A stretch of 64,000 bases of DNA from positions 44,516,001 to 44,580,000 of the forward strand of contig OZ024756.1 of assembly GCA_964016885.1 (NCBI GenBank), read 5' to 3'. The stretch comes from Eledone cirrhosa. Its lineage: Eukaryota. Each line of letters starts with the position of its first letter. Within the stretch, counting starts at the first letter, position 1. Of this stretch, positions 1 through 13,938 are shown one piece after another. The position numbers and the translations under genes are program-made. The notes beneath the pieces were generated by a model. That model had not been told where the DNA came from. It saw only the letters and a list, made by a program, of their open reading frames with translations, and did no database searches.

Positions 1-62
1 ATGTATTCAAACACATACACGTAAAAGTATATATATGTATGTCTCTCTCTCTCTCTCTCTCT

Positions 63-122
<60 letters not shown>

Positions 123-737
123 CGTAAAATAAGAAAATTATAAAATTAACTTACTTACTAAAATATCACTTCCAACTAATTAGTTTCTGGAATGGAATAA
201 ATATATTTTCCGAAGAAAACATTCCGTCGTCAGGGAAGACTATTCTCATCTAAGTATCCAGGCAAAGCGTGGACTCTGGAAACTTATTAAAAAATAATTC
301 AGTGGATAGAAAATAGCAAAGCGTGGACTGAATTCCTAGCTATTGAGGAAATCACTGCCTCTGCGTCGGTGGCAAATTCAAAAAGAATCAATCACGTGAC
401 ATCGAGGTCAATCAGTGGAAAGTGGTTTGCTAATAAGACAGCGGCCTGCCTGCTACCATAGCAGCAGTCATGGCCAATATTGCTCGACAAATAATTTGGA
501 GATAATTATAAAGAATTAATATCTAGTAACATATGTATACATACAGATGCATATCAATGCTAGCAAATATATAGGTTTTGTCTAAGTAACTTTGTGTAAC
601 AGTGTCATGCTCTCTCTCCACTATTACTTAAACTAAAAGTAAAATGGGATGTATTTTGATTTACGTCTAAATTAAAACTATTCGTAATATGTGTGTCTGT
701 GTATGCATGTGTATATATATATATATATATAGGGGTA

Positions 738-795
738 TATGAGGTTCGGCTGAAGAGTTCATTAGCTGACCAAGATACTCTCATGGAATGACCAA
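738..795 (+). mobile_element. Solo mariner-type TIR
   Basis: TATGAGGTTCGGCTGAAGAGTTC...GATACTCTCATGGAATGACCAA; homologous to the reverse complement of 63202-63259. Confidence 0.65.
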
Positions 796-2069
796 CATAG
801 TCCCACGAAAGAAACAATGCCGTTATTAATAAGAGGGAGTGAAATTAATGCATGCAAGATTTCACCGCCCTAGCATTACGTTTCAGCTTAGCCTCGTATG
901 TATATGCTTCTATCAATGTGTATCGAAGCATTTGTAAGCATGCTTATGTAAGTTTATTTTTGCAAAGATGTGCAACGACTGCCAATCTTAAACTTAAACA
1001 CTTAAACACTTAAACTTAAACACTTTATATTACTAACCTATGTCTCAGGTTAATAAACTATTCCAAACGATGATATTGATAAAGATATATAGAATGGTAT
1101 GAAAATGACTCTTATGGAAATATATATACATTTTCGTGAAAACCATAGAGATGTATATCTCTGTATATGTACGCATTCATATACATACATGCATACACAT
1201 AAATACATACTGTACATATACATATATAAATACATACATGCAGGTATGTGTGTGTGTGTGAGTCAGTCTCTCTCTCTGTATATTTACATTAAAGTTATAC
1301 AAAACCGTCCAGATTACAATACTTCTTCACTCGTTATCAAATCTTTAAAACAAATGGATTCCTCGTCCCTATAAATTATTTTCTTCTTCAAATACTATCA
1401 GCTATTGTTGTTGTTTAGCCCTCAGCAGCTTTGACCAAGCAGGCCTATGATTAATAAGACATTTCAACTGTGACCTTCGTATTTGTATGTCTGGTGTCTG
1501 TTGCTTTTGGTGTGTGTGTGGGGGGGGGGCAGATACAGAATATCATCATCATCATCACCATCATCATCAACAACACCATCAACACCATTATTATCATGCT
1601 TGGTAACACTACCAGCAGCAGCCTCGTAATCATGATCATCATCACCATAATCATCACCACCACCACTACCAACAGCAGCAGAAGTAGCAACAACATCGTC
1701 AAGATGTTGTTATTACAACTTTTAGCACTCGACATTCTTATGCTTACGATATCAGCCCGAAACCAATAAGAAATTGCCACGTAATTGAGAAAGCAGTAAA
1801 AACAACTTTTCTTAACACAGGTAGTGTAATTGATGTCTGGATGAAAAATGTTTGAATACAGTCCAAAATATAAACGGGAGTTTAAGAAACAAAATATAAT
1901 TCCTCATATAAAATGTTCCATCTAACTTTTTTTACTTAGGCATAATATATGTTTATCTTTTTGTCTGTCTGTCTTTTAGTATGTCTGTCTATTTGTCTGC
2001 CTTTCTATCTATTTGTCTGTCTGTTTGTCCCCCTATCTGTATTTTTCTATCACCAACAACACTAGCATT

Positions 2070-2345
2070 ACCACCACTACCACAAGATATACCACCACCA
2101 TCACTACTTTACCAACACCACCACCTTCTATACCACTACCACCACTATCTATACTAACGCCACCACCAGCTATACCACCACCATCACTACTTTACCAACA
2201 CCACCACCATCTATACCACTACCACCACTATCTATACCACCGCCATCACCAGCTATACCACCACCATCACTACTTTACCAACACCACCACCAGCTATACC
2301 ACCACCACCACCACTTTACCAACACCCTCACTACTTTACCAACAC
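2070..2345. repeat. CAC-rich minisatellite
   Basis: Repeated ctataccaccaccatcactactttaccaacaccaccac units; similar low-complexity arrays at 13460-13735 and 35045-35350. Confidence 0.8.
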
Positions 2346-2823
2346 ACAATGATTTATAATTAAGTCACAAGGACAACAATATAAAATACATTGTTGTCTG
2401 TGTGTCTGAATTAGAAATCATTAGCAACAAATTAATGATTTCTAGATTAAACACAATGTCGGAAATTTGGGTTGGAGTTAGGGAGGGGGGAGAATTAAAT
2501 CTTCTCCAGATCTTGACTGGTACTTTATTATATCGATCAGATTGAAGAAAGGTAACCTTACCCTTGAATTGAATTCATTATGTAAAAAGTATGTAGAAAG
2601 CCTCAACAAATATGGCGAACCCTCTGATCTGACGTACGAACGACTCGACAGATCCGCCACCATTTATAACAACAAATAATAACAACAAATACATAAAATG
2701 CAACAAAATAAAACAATTACTAACAATAACAATTTTAGAAACAATAGTGGTTTCTAGTATTGCTGAATACAACTATACTGAACATCACCAGCACCACTAC
2801 AATAAGAATGATACTAGTGTATA

Positions 2824-2868
<45 letters not shown>

Positions 2869-3005
2869 CTGTGTGTGTGTGTGTGTGTGTGTGCGTGTGT
2901 GTGTGTGCGTGTGTGTATGTGTAGAAATATATATATATATGTGTATATATACATATATGTATATATATATGTATTCTATGTATATATACATATATATATA
3001 TGTAT

Positions 3006-3079
<74 letters not shown>

Positions 3080-3542
3080 ATTTGTATATATGTATATATA
3101 TATATGTATGATGCATATATGTATATATATGTATGATGTATATATGTATATATATGTATGTATATATATGTATATATGTATTTATATACAATATGTGTGT
3201 GTATATGTTTGTGTGTGTATATATATATATATATATATAAATACAAATACAGACAGAAAGACAGAGAGGCAGACATATATAGAAATAAGTACACATTGGT
3301 ATTTATATAAACGTCGACTAAATACTAAACAATGACTATCCAACTAAGTTAGGTTCTTCAAAATTGTGTTTCTATTCAGAAAGTCACAAAGGATATATTT
3401 CTACTAGAAAATATTATTATATTTCTTGTATGAAGATATTTTTGGTCCGTTCTAAATAAAGAAAACACACACACAAACAGACATCCAGACACACGCACAT
3501 ATCTATGTGCGTGTGTCTGGATGTGTGTGTTTCTATGAATGC

Positions 3543-3628
<86 letters not shown>

Positions 3629-3824
3629 AATATGTGTAGCATGAATGTAAGTATATACACATACACAAATATATATATGGCATGTATACATATGTATATA
3701 AATATATGTGTTTGTATATATATATGAGTATATGTATGTGTATATAAATGTTTTTATGATGCTCAACTGCAATAAGAGCGTAAAATAAATTGTATATCCA
3801 GCTATTAATGAATAATGTAAATAT

Positions 3825-3864
<40 letters not shown>

Positions 3865-4315
3865 ACGTGTGTGTATATATGTGTTGTATGAATGCATGTC
3901 GCACATTTTCTGTGCATACACACACATCTATGTGTGTGTGTGTGTATATATATATATATACACACACATATACATGTCATCTTTCTAATTGTTGGTTACG
4001 TTCAAATGCCAGATGCCAGGCAAGGAAATTCTCATCCTTCCCATGAAATGAAAATCGCTTGTTACCCTACTTAACTCTCTCTCTCGCTCTCTCTCGTTCT
4101 CTCTCTCGCTCTCACTCTCTCTCTATATATATACGTTTGTCTGGCCAAGGAGGGTTGATACCATAAAAGCGATAGTAATGAGGAAGAAAAGAAAAAGTTG
4201 CATTACAACATTGATAGATGCTTGCCAGTTGATCTAAACGACCTGGTTGTATGACTGGTACTTTATTTCATCGACTTTATAGCGATGAAGAATAAAACAT
4301 GCATATTTCATACAT

Positions 4316-4440
<125 letters not shown>

Positions 4441-4918
4441 TATTCGAATATAAAGTGATAAACTAGCATTAACTATTGATCTAATAATTAGAAGGAATTA
4501 TAATAGAAGGCAAATAAGATTATCTATTTCTCAATTTATATATTTAACTATTTATCAAAGAATCTCCAAAGGAATTTTTAAATTTAATGTCATCAATAAA
4601 CATTAACAGAGATTGAAGAATCTCTGAGGACGTAATAGTTTCTTCTATAACATCATTTAATGGCACAAGATTGTAAAAGATTGTTTTGTAACTTCATTTT
4701 ATTGCATTACTTAGAGAACAGCGGCCATTTTATTAAGTCTACAATACATACTTTGTATACACATATATATACACAAATATATATATATATGCATATGTAA
4801 GTAAACATACATCTCTCTCCCCCCTCTCTCTCTCTATCACTCTCTCTCTCTCTCTTCATGTATATGTACACACACTTAGACATGGCCTGAGCCAATACTA
4901 TCCGAAACCTATCAGTTA

Positions 4919-4985
<67 letters not shown>

Positions 4986-5350
4986 GTATGTTTGTATGTA
5001 TGTATGTATGTATGTATGTATGTATGTATGTATGTATGCAAGTATGCATATGCGTATATGTATGCATGTATGCATATGCGTATATGTATGTATGTATCTA
5101 TGTTTGTATATATATGTATGTATCTATGTTTGTATGTATATGTGTATGTATAATATATGCATGTATGTATATATGTATATATCATCTCATCGTATGTAAG
5201 TATTACATCGAATTTAGTGTCACTGTGTCGTTACAAATGACAACAGCATTATTAATGATAGATAATAGTGTATCCGTCGAAGGAGACAAGTGAAAACATT
5301 GATATCTTAACTAAAACTATAATAGTAAAATATTATTACGTGTATTTCAA

Positions 5351-5521
5351 GGGCGGTCGATTGGCAGTATCGGTAGAGGGTCGGACGCCATGCTTTGCAG
5401 CAAAGAGTTACGACCCTTCGTGGTCTGAGTTCAAATCCCGCCGAGGTTAACTTTGCCTTTCATCCTTACGGGGTCGATAAAATAAAGTACCAGTCACGCA
5501 CTGGGGTCGACTTAATCGACT
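5351..5521 (+). mobile_element. tRNA-derived SINE family A (octopus OR-type/MetaSINE-like core), best copy
   Basis: A-box tggcagtatcggtag, B-box gagttcaaatccc, core ctttgcctttcatccttacggggtcgataaaataaagtaccag. Decayed copies lie near 2460-2660(-), 9890-10035(-), 10950-11100(-), 19860-19950(-), 21340-21480(-), 25248-25435, 31740-31890, 32885-32960, 44450-44620, 54825-54920, 58625-58780 and 60478-60655. Confidence 0.85.
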
Positions 5522-6203
5522 TTCATGATAGTATTCACAAGGCTCACAAAATGCTTTTGAGGAAATGAATACGTACTATGTGCATATCAGGCAGCACGCA
5601 CGCGCAGCAGACCTATCACCATTATCAATAGAAATACCACCACCACTATAATATCGTCACCATCAACAATCAGTATTACCAAAAATACCAGTAAACAAAC
5701 CTGTACCACTCAGCAATTACCAACACCGCCACCACCCTCACTACTACGAAACAACCACTATCTTAATTTTGCCCGAACAGGGTGGATAGGGGTTTAAACT
5801 ACTACTACTACTACTACTACTACTATTACTACTACTACTACTACTACTACTACAGCTCCTACTGCTACTACGTGTACTTCAATCTCATCAACAGCAAACA
5901 GCACCCCCCAAAACCACTGCCACCACACTATCATCACTTCTACTACCACCACTAATCACCCATACCTCCACCTATCGCTACCATCACCAACCCCGCCACC
6001 ACCTCTACATTACCCACCCAAACACGAACCAACGGCGCAATAGGTGAATGCTTTCGTTATCTGAATCGTTCAGAAAGTTTTTTCTTGGACAACACAGTAA
6101 CATATGGCGGCGGCGATGGTGGTCGTTGTGGTGCTGGTGGTGATAGTGGTGGTGGTGTTGGCGGTGGTGGTGGTGGTTTTAGGAAGTTAAGTAGGAAGTA
6201 GAA

Positions 6204-6246
<43 letters not shown>

Positions 6247-6690
6247 TACATATATATATTTATAAATATATATACACACAGACAATACACACACATACAT
6301 ATATATTATATATATCATCATCATCACCGTTTTACGTCCATTCTTCCATAGAAATATATATATATATATATATATATTGACGAATACGTAATGAATAGTG
6401 AAAGTATCCAGACACCGAAAATAAGAACAATATCATGATAGATGTATTTCAACAATAGTCCCCCTATTTCGTGACTGAAATAGCTTGTTATGATTTCACG
6501 CTTAAATATAGAAGCCTCTTTTATTTAACAACGGCCATGCTTCACCGTCCGTCGGAGGGTGTGTAACGATGAAACTCTATATATTATTTGTACCACCAGC
6601 TCTTCTCTCTGTTTGCTCTGTACCAATGATACTCTCCGTCTTTCCTTCTCTTTGCCATGCTCCCTTTCTCCCTCTCTATGTATATCATAT

Positions 6691-6738
<48 letters not shown>

Positions 6739-6805
6739 TAGCAATAGATTTCATGAAGAATCCACTAATATTTTGTTCTAATGCGTTAAGCCTGGTGGCT
6801 TATTC

Positions 6806-6884
<79 letters not shown>

Positions 6885-7006
6885 AAAGTTCTATTTAAAT
6901 TGTTGGGATATAACAAGTAAATATTTTTATAACTGATATAAAGCACCCGACAAGTATTTGGAGTAGATATACGATATTAATATCGTAGATATACGATGTT
7001 AATATC

Positions 7007-7049
<43 letters not shown>

Positions 7050-7080
7050 TAGTTATGTAATAAACAACATAAGGCAATTA

Positions 7081-7141
7081 TTTCATTTACCAGTGGTTTC
7101 TTAAAAGCAAACAAATGTTGTTTTGAATCATTAGAATGAAA
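7081..7141 (-). ncRNA. Decayed hammerhead (G5A core substitution)
   Basis: The minus strand reads tttcatt CTAATGA ttcaaaacaa...ttgcttttaa GAAAC cactg GTA aatgaaa, with a perfect 7 bp helix I. Confidence 0.62.
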
Positions 7142-7185
7142 AAATCCATTAGAGCAAAAATCAGGAGCACTCTATCTCAAAATTA

Positions 7186-7383
7186 TTTTGACAATATATG
7201 AACAACCGTACGGTTGTGGAACCAACCAACCAACCGGAAATTTATAATTTAATTTATAATAAATTGGAGTGAAAGCACTGGTGCGGGTGTTTCTTATTGG
7301 CAACATGACCCTCCCAAAGGATAACAATATCGGTTTCAACACACGTTTTCAGATAAAGAATCTTGCTAAACAAGTTCAGAAAC

Positions 7384-7386
<3 letters not shown>
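7186..7386 (+). repeat. ~200 bp unclassified interspersed repeat ending at (TA)n
   Basis: Close copy at 29916-30120; diverged partial copy at 34150-34245. Confidence 0.8.
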
Positions 7387-7443
<57 letters not shown>

Positions 7444-7720
7444 GGATATATATATATAATGCATATATATATAATGCATGTATATATATATATAATATAC
7501 AACATATATATATATATATATAATGTATATATAGACGAATATAATGTATATATATATATATATATATATGAAATATTCATAGCCAATATGTTCATCACTC
7601 TAACCAATAGTTACGTTTGATGTGTTATGACAAGATAGCAATCAAACACCGCTTAATTGATTTTGTCATTCATGAATAATCAATACATACAATGTATATA
7701 GGTTTATGAAAAATGTTGTG

Positions 7721-7849
<129 letters not shown>

Positions 7850-8277
7850 ATATACATACATTTTTTTGTGTGTATATATATGAATGCGATAATGTATAGC
7901 TCTGTATACATAAGACTATTATTATAACGGTATTCAAAATTCTGAAAATATATAGAATGTTTAAAGATATAATATTTGGTATGAAAACGTGAAAGCAGAC
8001 GATATTTTATGCAGCAAGATAAAAAAGGAAATATTCCGAATGTCAGAATATATATTGACAGAGAAACAGCAAAAATAAATATAGACAGATGAACACACAC
8101 ACACTCACACACTCACAAATGTATATAAACACTTTTATATAAACATACATGTACACACACAAACATTTTCTAAACACACTTGTTCACACACTCACACAAA
8201 AACTTATTTTTATAAACACACTTGTAAACTCAAACACACGCATATATACACACACATGTGTCTACATATATACATAT

Positions 8278-8377
<100 letters not shown>

Positions 8378-8415
8378 AACTGTTTCTTTGTTTTTATTCA
8401 TTATTTTTATTAATT

Positions 8416-8448
<33 letters not shown>

Positions 8449-8729
8449 ACAAACACACACAAACATATTCATATATATATATATATATATAAATATATAT
8501 ATATATACAAGAATACACATAATTACAGGTATCTATATGTATATCAGTGTGTATGAATGTGTATGTGTATGAATATGTGTGTGGTATGATATTTACTCCT
8601 AAATCACTTATACTGTCTGTTTATGTATTCATATTTATTTGATAATGCCATACATATATTTTTGATATATATATATATATATATGCATACATAAAAGTTT
8701 ACCTACATGCTTACATATATATATATATT

Positions 8730-8813
<84 letters not shown>

Positions 8814-10739
8814 CGTGGCCGGGGGGGGGGTGTATACACGTTTAATTACACACAAATATCGTTTAATACAAAAGCAAAACAGAGAAAAACCTGAGAGATG
8901 AACAGATAAACGTAGTTAGAAATAATATAGATAGTTTTTCAATCTTCTTCCGTTTAAAAAGGAGGGAAAAGGCATTTAAATTCGACCTTCCACCCGAATA
9001 TAGGACGCCTTACTGCTTTATTGATCGCTTATCGATTTCACGTCATCGGTTATGTAATTTTTATACATCGATTATATATATATATTTCGTAATGTAATTT
9101 TAGAAAAACTCATAAACATGTGTGCATGGTTTCATGCATTTGCATGTGTGTATATGTATATATGTATATGTGTATATGTGTGTGTGTGTGTGTGTTTGCG
9201 TGTGTGTATTTTGTAATTTTTTTCTTTTGCTTTATTCTGTATATTTGTAGTTATTGAGAACCGAAATATTCCGCACATAAGTAGTCACACTGTAATTATA
9301 TATATACATATATATAGATGCGTGTAGTTGTGTGTGTAGTGTGCGTTTTGTGTGTTTGCGTGTTTATAATTGTAGTGCCTGTGCCATTTTAAGCGATTCT
9401 AACATCAATGGATGGGAAGGAATAGTGTAGTTACAAACAGGAGACCTGCTTTGAATGCTTGCAAGAAAATGGATTAAGTCAACCAAACAACATTCCGACC
9501 AATGCTCTAACGATTCCACCCGTCCACTAAACAAGACTTTATTTAACAACCATTGAAGAATCGTAACGTGGAGGTTGTTGGACTTGCGATCATAATGTTG
9601 TGGATTTGATTCTTTTACTGTGATGTGTGCTGTGTTCGGGGGCAAAACACGTTGCTCCAGTATACTCAGCTGAAAATGAGAACCAGCAATACCTGGGAGT
9701 TTAACTCTGTTAGAGATTGGCCTCTTGTCCATGAGGGAGTCACGTACTCACAGTCGCTTAAACCCATCGAAACTGGGATAAGCATTGGCTTGGTGATCTT
9801 CCGGGCTCGAGACAGACTGTAGAAGAATGGAAAGCAAACTTGAGTTCCAGAAAAAGTTTTGGGGGGCGAGGAGCAAAGATGATCCTGTGCTTAAATGATA
9901 ATTTATTTTATCGGCGTTGGAAGGATGAATTGTAATATTAGCCTCGGCATGATTTGAACTCAGAATGTTAAGAGTTAGAATAATCAACGCAATGGCCTTT
10001 TATTCGACGCTCTACCAGTTCTTCCAATCCACCACCCTAACCAGGATAAGTATTGCACAACATTTCATCTACCCTTTTGTTACTACTCTATTATACAAAC
10101 TTAAAATAGTGTCTAGGTGTGACAGTTCTGATCATTCTATAACTAGGAGCAATATTGCCAGGTTTATTAAGATTAGGAAATGTTTTAAGGAAAAACTTTA
10201 ATCTTATTTAAATTCAATATATTGAATGGTGTGGCTTTGTAAATCATTATAGCTTTATTTTATGCTTCAGGCAAACAATGACACATACATATATATATGC
10301 GTGGATGTGCGTGTATCTGTGTATATATGTAAATGTGTAAATCAGTATGTGAGTTAATTTATCTATCTTTCACTATACACACATTAATGTATGGATATAT
10401 GTATGAATGTATGTATGTAAGCATATATGTAAATGTGTGCGTCTGTGTGTCTGCGAGTTAGTTTATTTCTGTAAACATAAAATTCCGCATAAAATCGAAA
10501 ATATAAAAAGAGATGTGTTTCTGTCATCTTTGAGATTGTGTGGGGGAAAACTGACATTGTTTTATTCCTCATAATCAATAATTTTGACTTTAACATTATA
10601 CAAGTTTATACCCCACACCCATATATATATATATATGGGTGTGGGATAAAAACTTGTATTGTGTATATATATATATGTCCCAAGGCTCTGATACAATCAA
10701 CACCATAAACACAGAGCTGGCATATCTAAGAACTCACTA

Positions 10740-10795
10740 ACTGCCTGATGAGGTCATAGCTACTCAATGGCTATCATCGAAATATATATACCAGT
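10740..10795 (+). ncRNA. Type I hammerhead ribozyme, slightly decayed
   Basis: actgc CTGATGA; helix II ggtcatagc/gctatcatc (8 of 9 pairs); GAAA tatata TA ccagt with one helix I mismatch; followed by AATAAA and (TA)n. Confidence 0.72.
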
Positions 10796-11179
10796 AAATA
10801 AAGGATTATGAGTTCATGCAATTGACTTATGTTTCGTCACTATATATATATATATATATATATATACCTGGCAAGGCCCATCCCCTCCCGAGGTCTGAAT
10901 ATACCAGATTTTTCAGTGAGAAAGTGAGAAAGAGATATAGAGGAAGAACTGAACCCAGTACTTGACTGGTATTATTTTTATCGAATGGATGAAAGGTAAA
11001 GTTGACTTTAGTGGGATTTGAACTCAGAAAACAGAGAACCTAAATGAATACCACAATCCATTGTAACCGACGTTCTAACCCCTCTGCCAATTTGCCGTCT
11101 AACTGCATTATATCTTCGTATTTAAATACCTGTAAACACATACTCAAAGACCTGTAAATGTAACCGGTAATATATGATA

Positions 11180-11255
11180 TTTCGTTTTATTTTTGCTTTG
11201 TTCTATATTTTCTTAACCTTTCCTTCTTTTCTTCCTGTTTTTCAGGTACGTAAGC
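11180..11255 (+). other. Strong 3' splice site directly followed by donor-like sequence
   Basis: >60 nt AG-free polypyrimidine tract with cttaac, then tttttcAG|GTACGTAAGC. Confidence 0.45.
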
Positions 11256-11384
11256 CTGTTACTCTTGGTTTTAATTGGTATCACATGGTTAGGAGCTCTT
11301 TTTTCACTGTTGATATATTGCTTATGTTATTGTTGTTAATGATGTTGTTATTGTTGCTGTTATTGTTGTTAGTGATGTTGTTAT

Positions 11385-12010
11385 TGTTGTTTAACCCCAC
11401 CCTAATCAGCCCAGTTTGAGCCAAATTATGATCGGGGGGGGGGGGTCTATATGTGACCATGTCGTATATATTTTCATGGAACGTACATCTAACACTATGT
11501 AATTTAACACGTCATTTATTTCCCTTTTTAAGTGAGATTTGATAGATATTTAACTGCTACTTCCAGCTGATCAAGAGACTATATTGAGTTTACCTGGCTG
11601 TAGCGTAAAGTAGTCGGTTGATGCTGTTGTTCAACCCCAGTACAGGTCAAATCGACCTATGATCAAAATATTCAAAATATTCAAAATAAGTCTATCCTGT
11701 ATTACCATAATGTGCATGGAAACCAGGGCTACATTAACCAGTGTTTCTCTTTCTAAACCAACGAGGTGCCGTTTTAGGGAGATTTTACTGCTATTTCTAC
11801 CTGACCAAAAGATCGTGTTGTTGTTTTTGTTATTATTACTCCCAGGTGAACCTTATTTGTGCAGACATATGATCAAACGAGATTTTGTATGTCTATGATT
11901 ACACTGTCTAATGTGTCCTTCTTTTTAATCCAGTAGGACATGATTTGAAGGTATTCAGCTGCTATTTCTATTAGGTCGAGCACTGATTTAAAGGTCACCT
12001 TTGTTGAGTG
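11385..12010 (+). repeat. Cluster of three decayed copies of an interspersed repeat (family C)
   Basis: Recurrent ttgttgtttaacccca..cagacctatgatcaaa..gtgacc....gattt..ctgctatttcta motifs; also near 1405-1480, 43075-43150 and 55020-55210(-). Confidence 0.6.
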
Positions 12011-13101
12011 GTAGGCAGCATATAGATCCTGGTAGAGGCTACAGCAGAGATAGGCCAGCTGGACTTAGTCAGAAAACTACTGTTGCTAGTTAACTGCACT
12101 TATCATTGGTGATGTGTAACCCAGCATATTTTTCAGGGGTAATGCGGTTATTGATGTTCCTGTTGCTGACATAGAGTGTATGCAGTTTAACGTTTGTCTG
12201 AATTGAGAAGGCGAGAGGGTGTAGAAGTTGTATTCTGGGACGTTGTTGATGTATCTGGCACTCAATCTGGATAGGGGTGGAGATTAGTGTTTGATTTTTT
12301 TTTCATATACGACTATTTCCTTTTGGTGCCTGTCACCGTCATGATCTCAGATGTCCTTGATTCCTGAACGGCTGTTTTCCTTCGTAAAATCGGAAAGACA
12401 GCAGCCTGTCTGAGGACGGAGCCCATATCAGGTGAGGGTGGCTGTTGCAGGTAGTGTCGCTGGACATTCTCAGCAGCAACGCCTTCACCAATTTGTCCGA
12501 GGGGTGGAGCTGAAACATACAACTCAGACTCGGCAGTAAATTCTGTCGCTCCCCACCCCTTTCCCTTCCTTTCATTACTTAATTTCTTTTCCCTTCTCTT
12601 TCCTTTCCTTATTGCTGTTTATATTGTACAGGTTTTTTATCAAATTTTCTATTTAGTTTAATAAAATTTTACTTATCTGCATGTGTGTATGTGTGTGTGT
12701 GTTAGTGTGTGTTAGTGTGTGCGTGCTAAATTTAGGAATGTACGATCCATTTATATAATGCTTATGTATGTGTATATATATATATATATATATGTGTGTA
12801 TGAGTGTATATGTGTCTGTGTGAGAATGCTTATGCATCAGCATCAGTGTGTGTGTGTGTGTGTGAGAATGCTTCCTATTTCTGTTCTATATTTGCTAACG
12901 AGTCAGCTAATTCTTACTTCACCCGCCCGCATCACCCTAAATGATTACCATCATAATAATCACCACCTCCAACATTCTAACAACAACAATACCACCACAA
13001 CCACCATCAATACTACTACCACTACCACCAACAAAACCACTATCATCATCATCATTATCACCACTACCAATACAACAATCCCCATCGTCAACACCATCCT
13101 C

Positions 13102-13134
<33 letters not shown>

Positions 13135-13841
13135 CCAACACCAACACCAACAACAACAAGAGAATCATCAGAACAAATATGGCTACCAGACATATCCTAC
13201 TGACACTAATATTAAGATTTGGAGTTCTTGCTATTGTTGTTGTTGCTGCTATTGTTGTTGCTGATGTTACTGCTATTGTTGTTGCTGTTGCTGCTGTTGT
13301 TGCTGCTGCTGCTGTTGTTGTTGCTGCTGTTGTTGCTGCTGTTGTTGCTGCTGTTGTTGTTGCTGTTGTTGTTGTTGTTGCTGTTTCAATGACCTCTAGC
13401 ATCTGACTTATTCAATATAACCTGTATTCTTGTTGTTGGTTGATGGGAGGGGGTGATGGGGGGGTAGTGGAGGTGATGATGGAGGTGGTGGTGGTGGTGG
13501 TGGGGTTGAGGTGCTGATGGGGTGGAGGTGATGATGGAGGTGGTGGTGGTGGTTGAGGTGCTGATGGTAGTGGTGGTGATGGTGGTGTTGGTGGTTGAGG
13601 TGCTGGTGGTGGTGGTGGTTGAGGTGCTGATGGTAGTAGGGGTGGTTGAGGTGCTGGTGGTGGTGGTGGAGATTGTGGTGGGGTTGAGGTGCTGATGGTG
13701 GTGGTGGAGGTGATGATGGAGGTGATGGTGGTGGCGGTATTTTTCTTCACCACTTAGAATCTTCTTCATTCTCTTCTTCCACCTTCCTTCTACTTCTTTT
13801 CTCTTCTTTCTCTTCTACTACTGATATTTATAATACCACTA

Positions 13842-13938
<97 letters not shown>

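Noticed and set aside
195-236. Minus-strand CTGACGA-stem-GAAA-palindrome
   Set aside because: Helix I does not pair; counted only as a possible fossil and not listed as a feature.
988-1026. Short cttaaaca-type tandem repeat; CRISPR-like or telomeric arrays generally
   Set aside because: It is a simple slippage repeat. No repeat-spacer array or (TTAGGG)n tract was seen in the window.
5351-5450. tRNA gene
   Set aside because: The A/B boxes belong to a SINE head followed by the SINE core, with no cloverleaf.
13160-13203. SSEQIWLPDI, resembling the Cys-loop receptor loop A motif (IWLPDI)
   Set aside because: A stop follows immediately, there are no splice sites, it sits between (CAA)n and (GTT)n, and no other receptor exons were seen.
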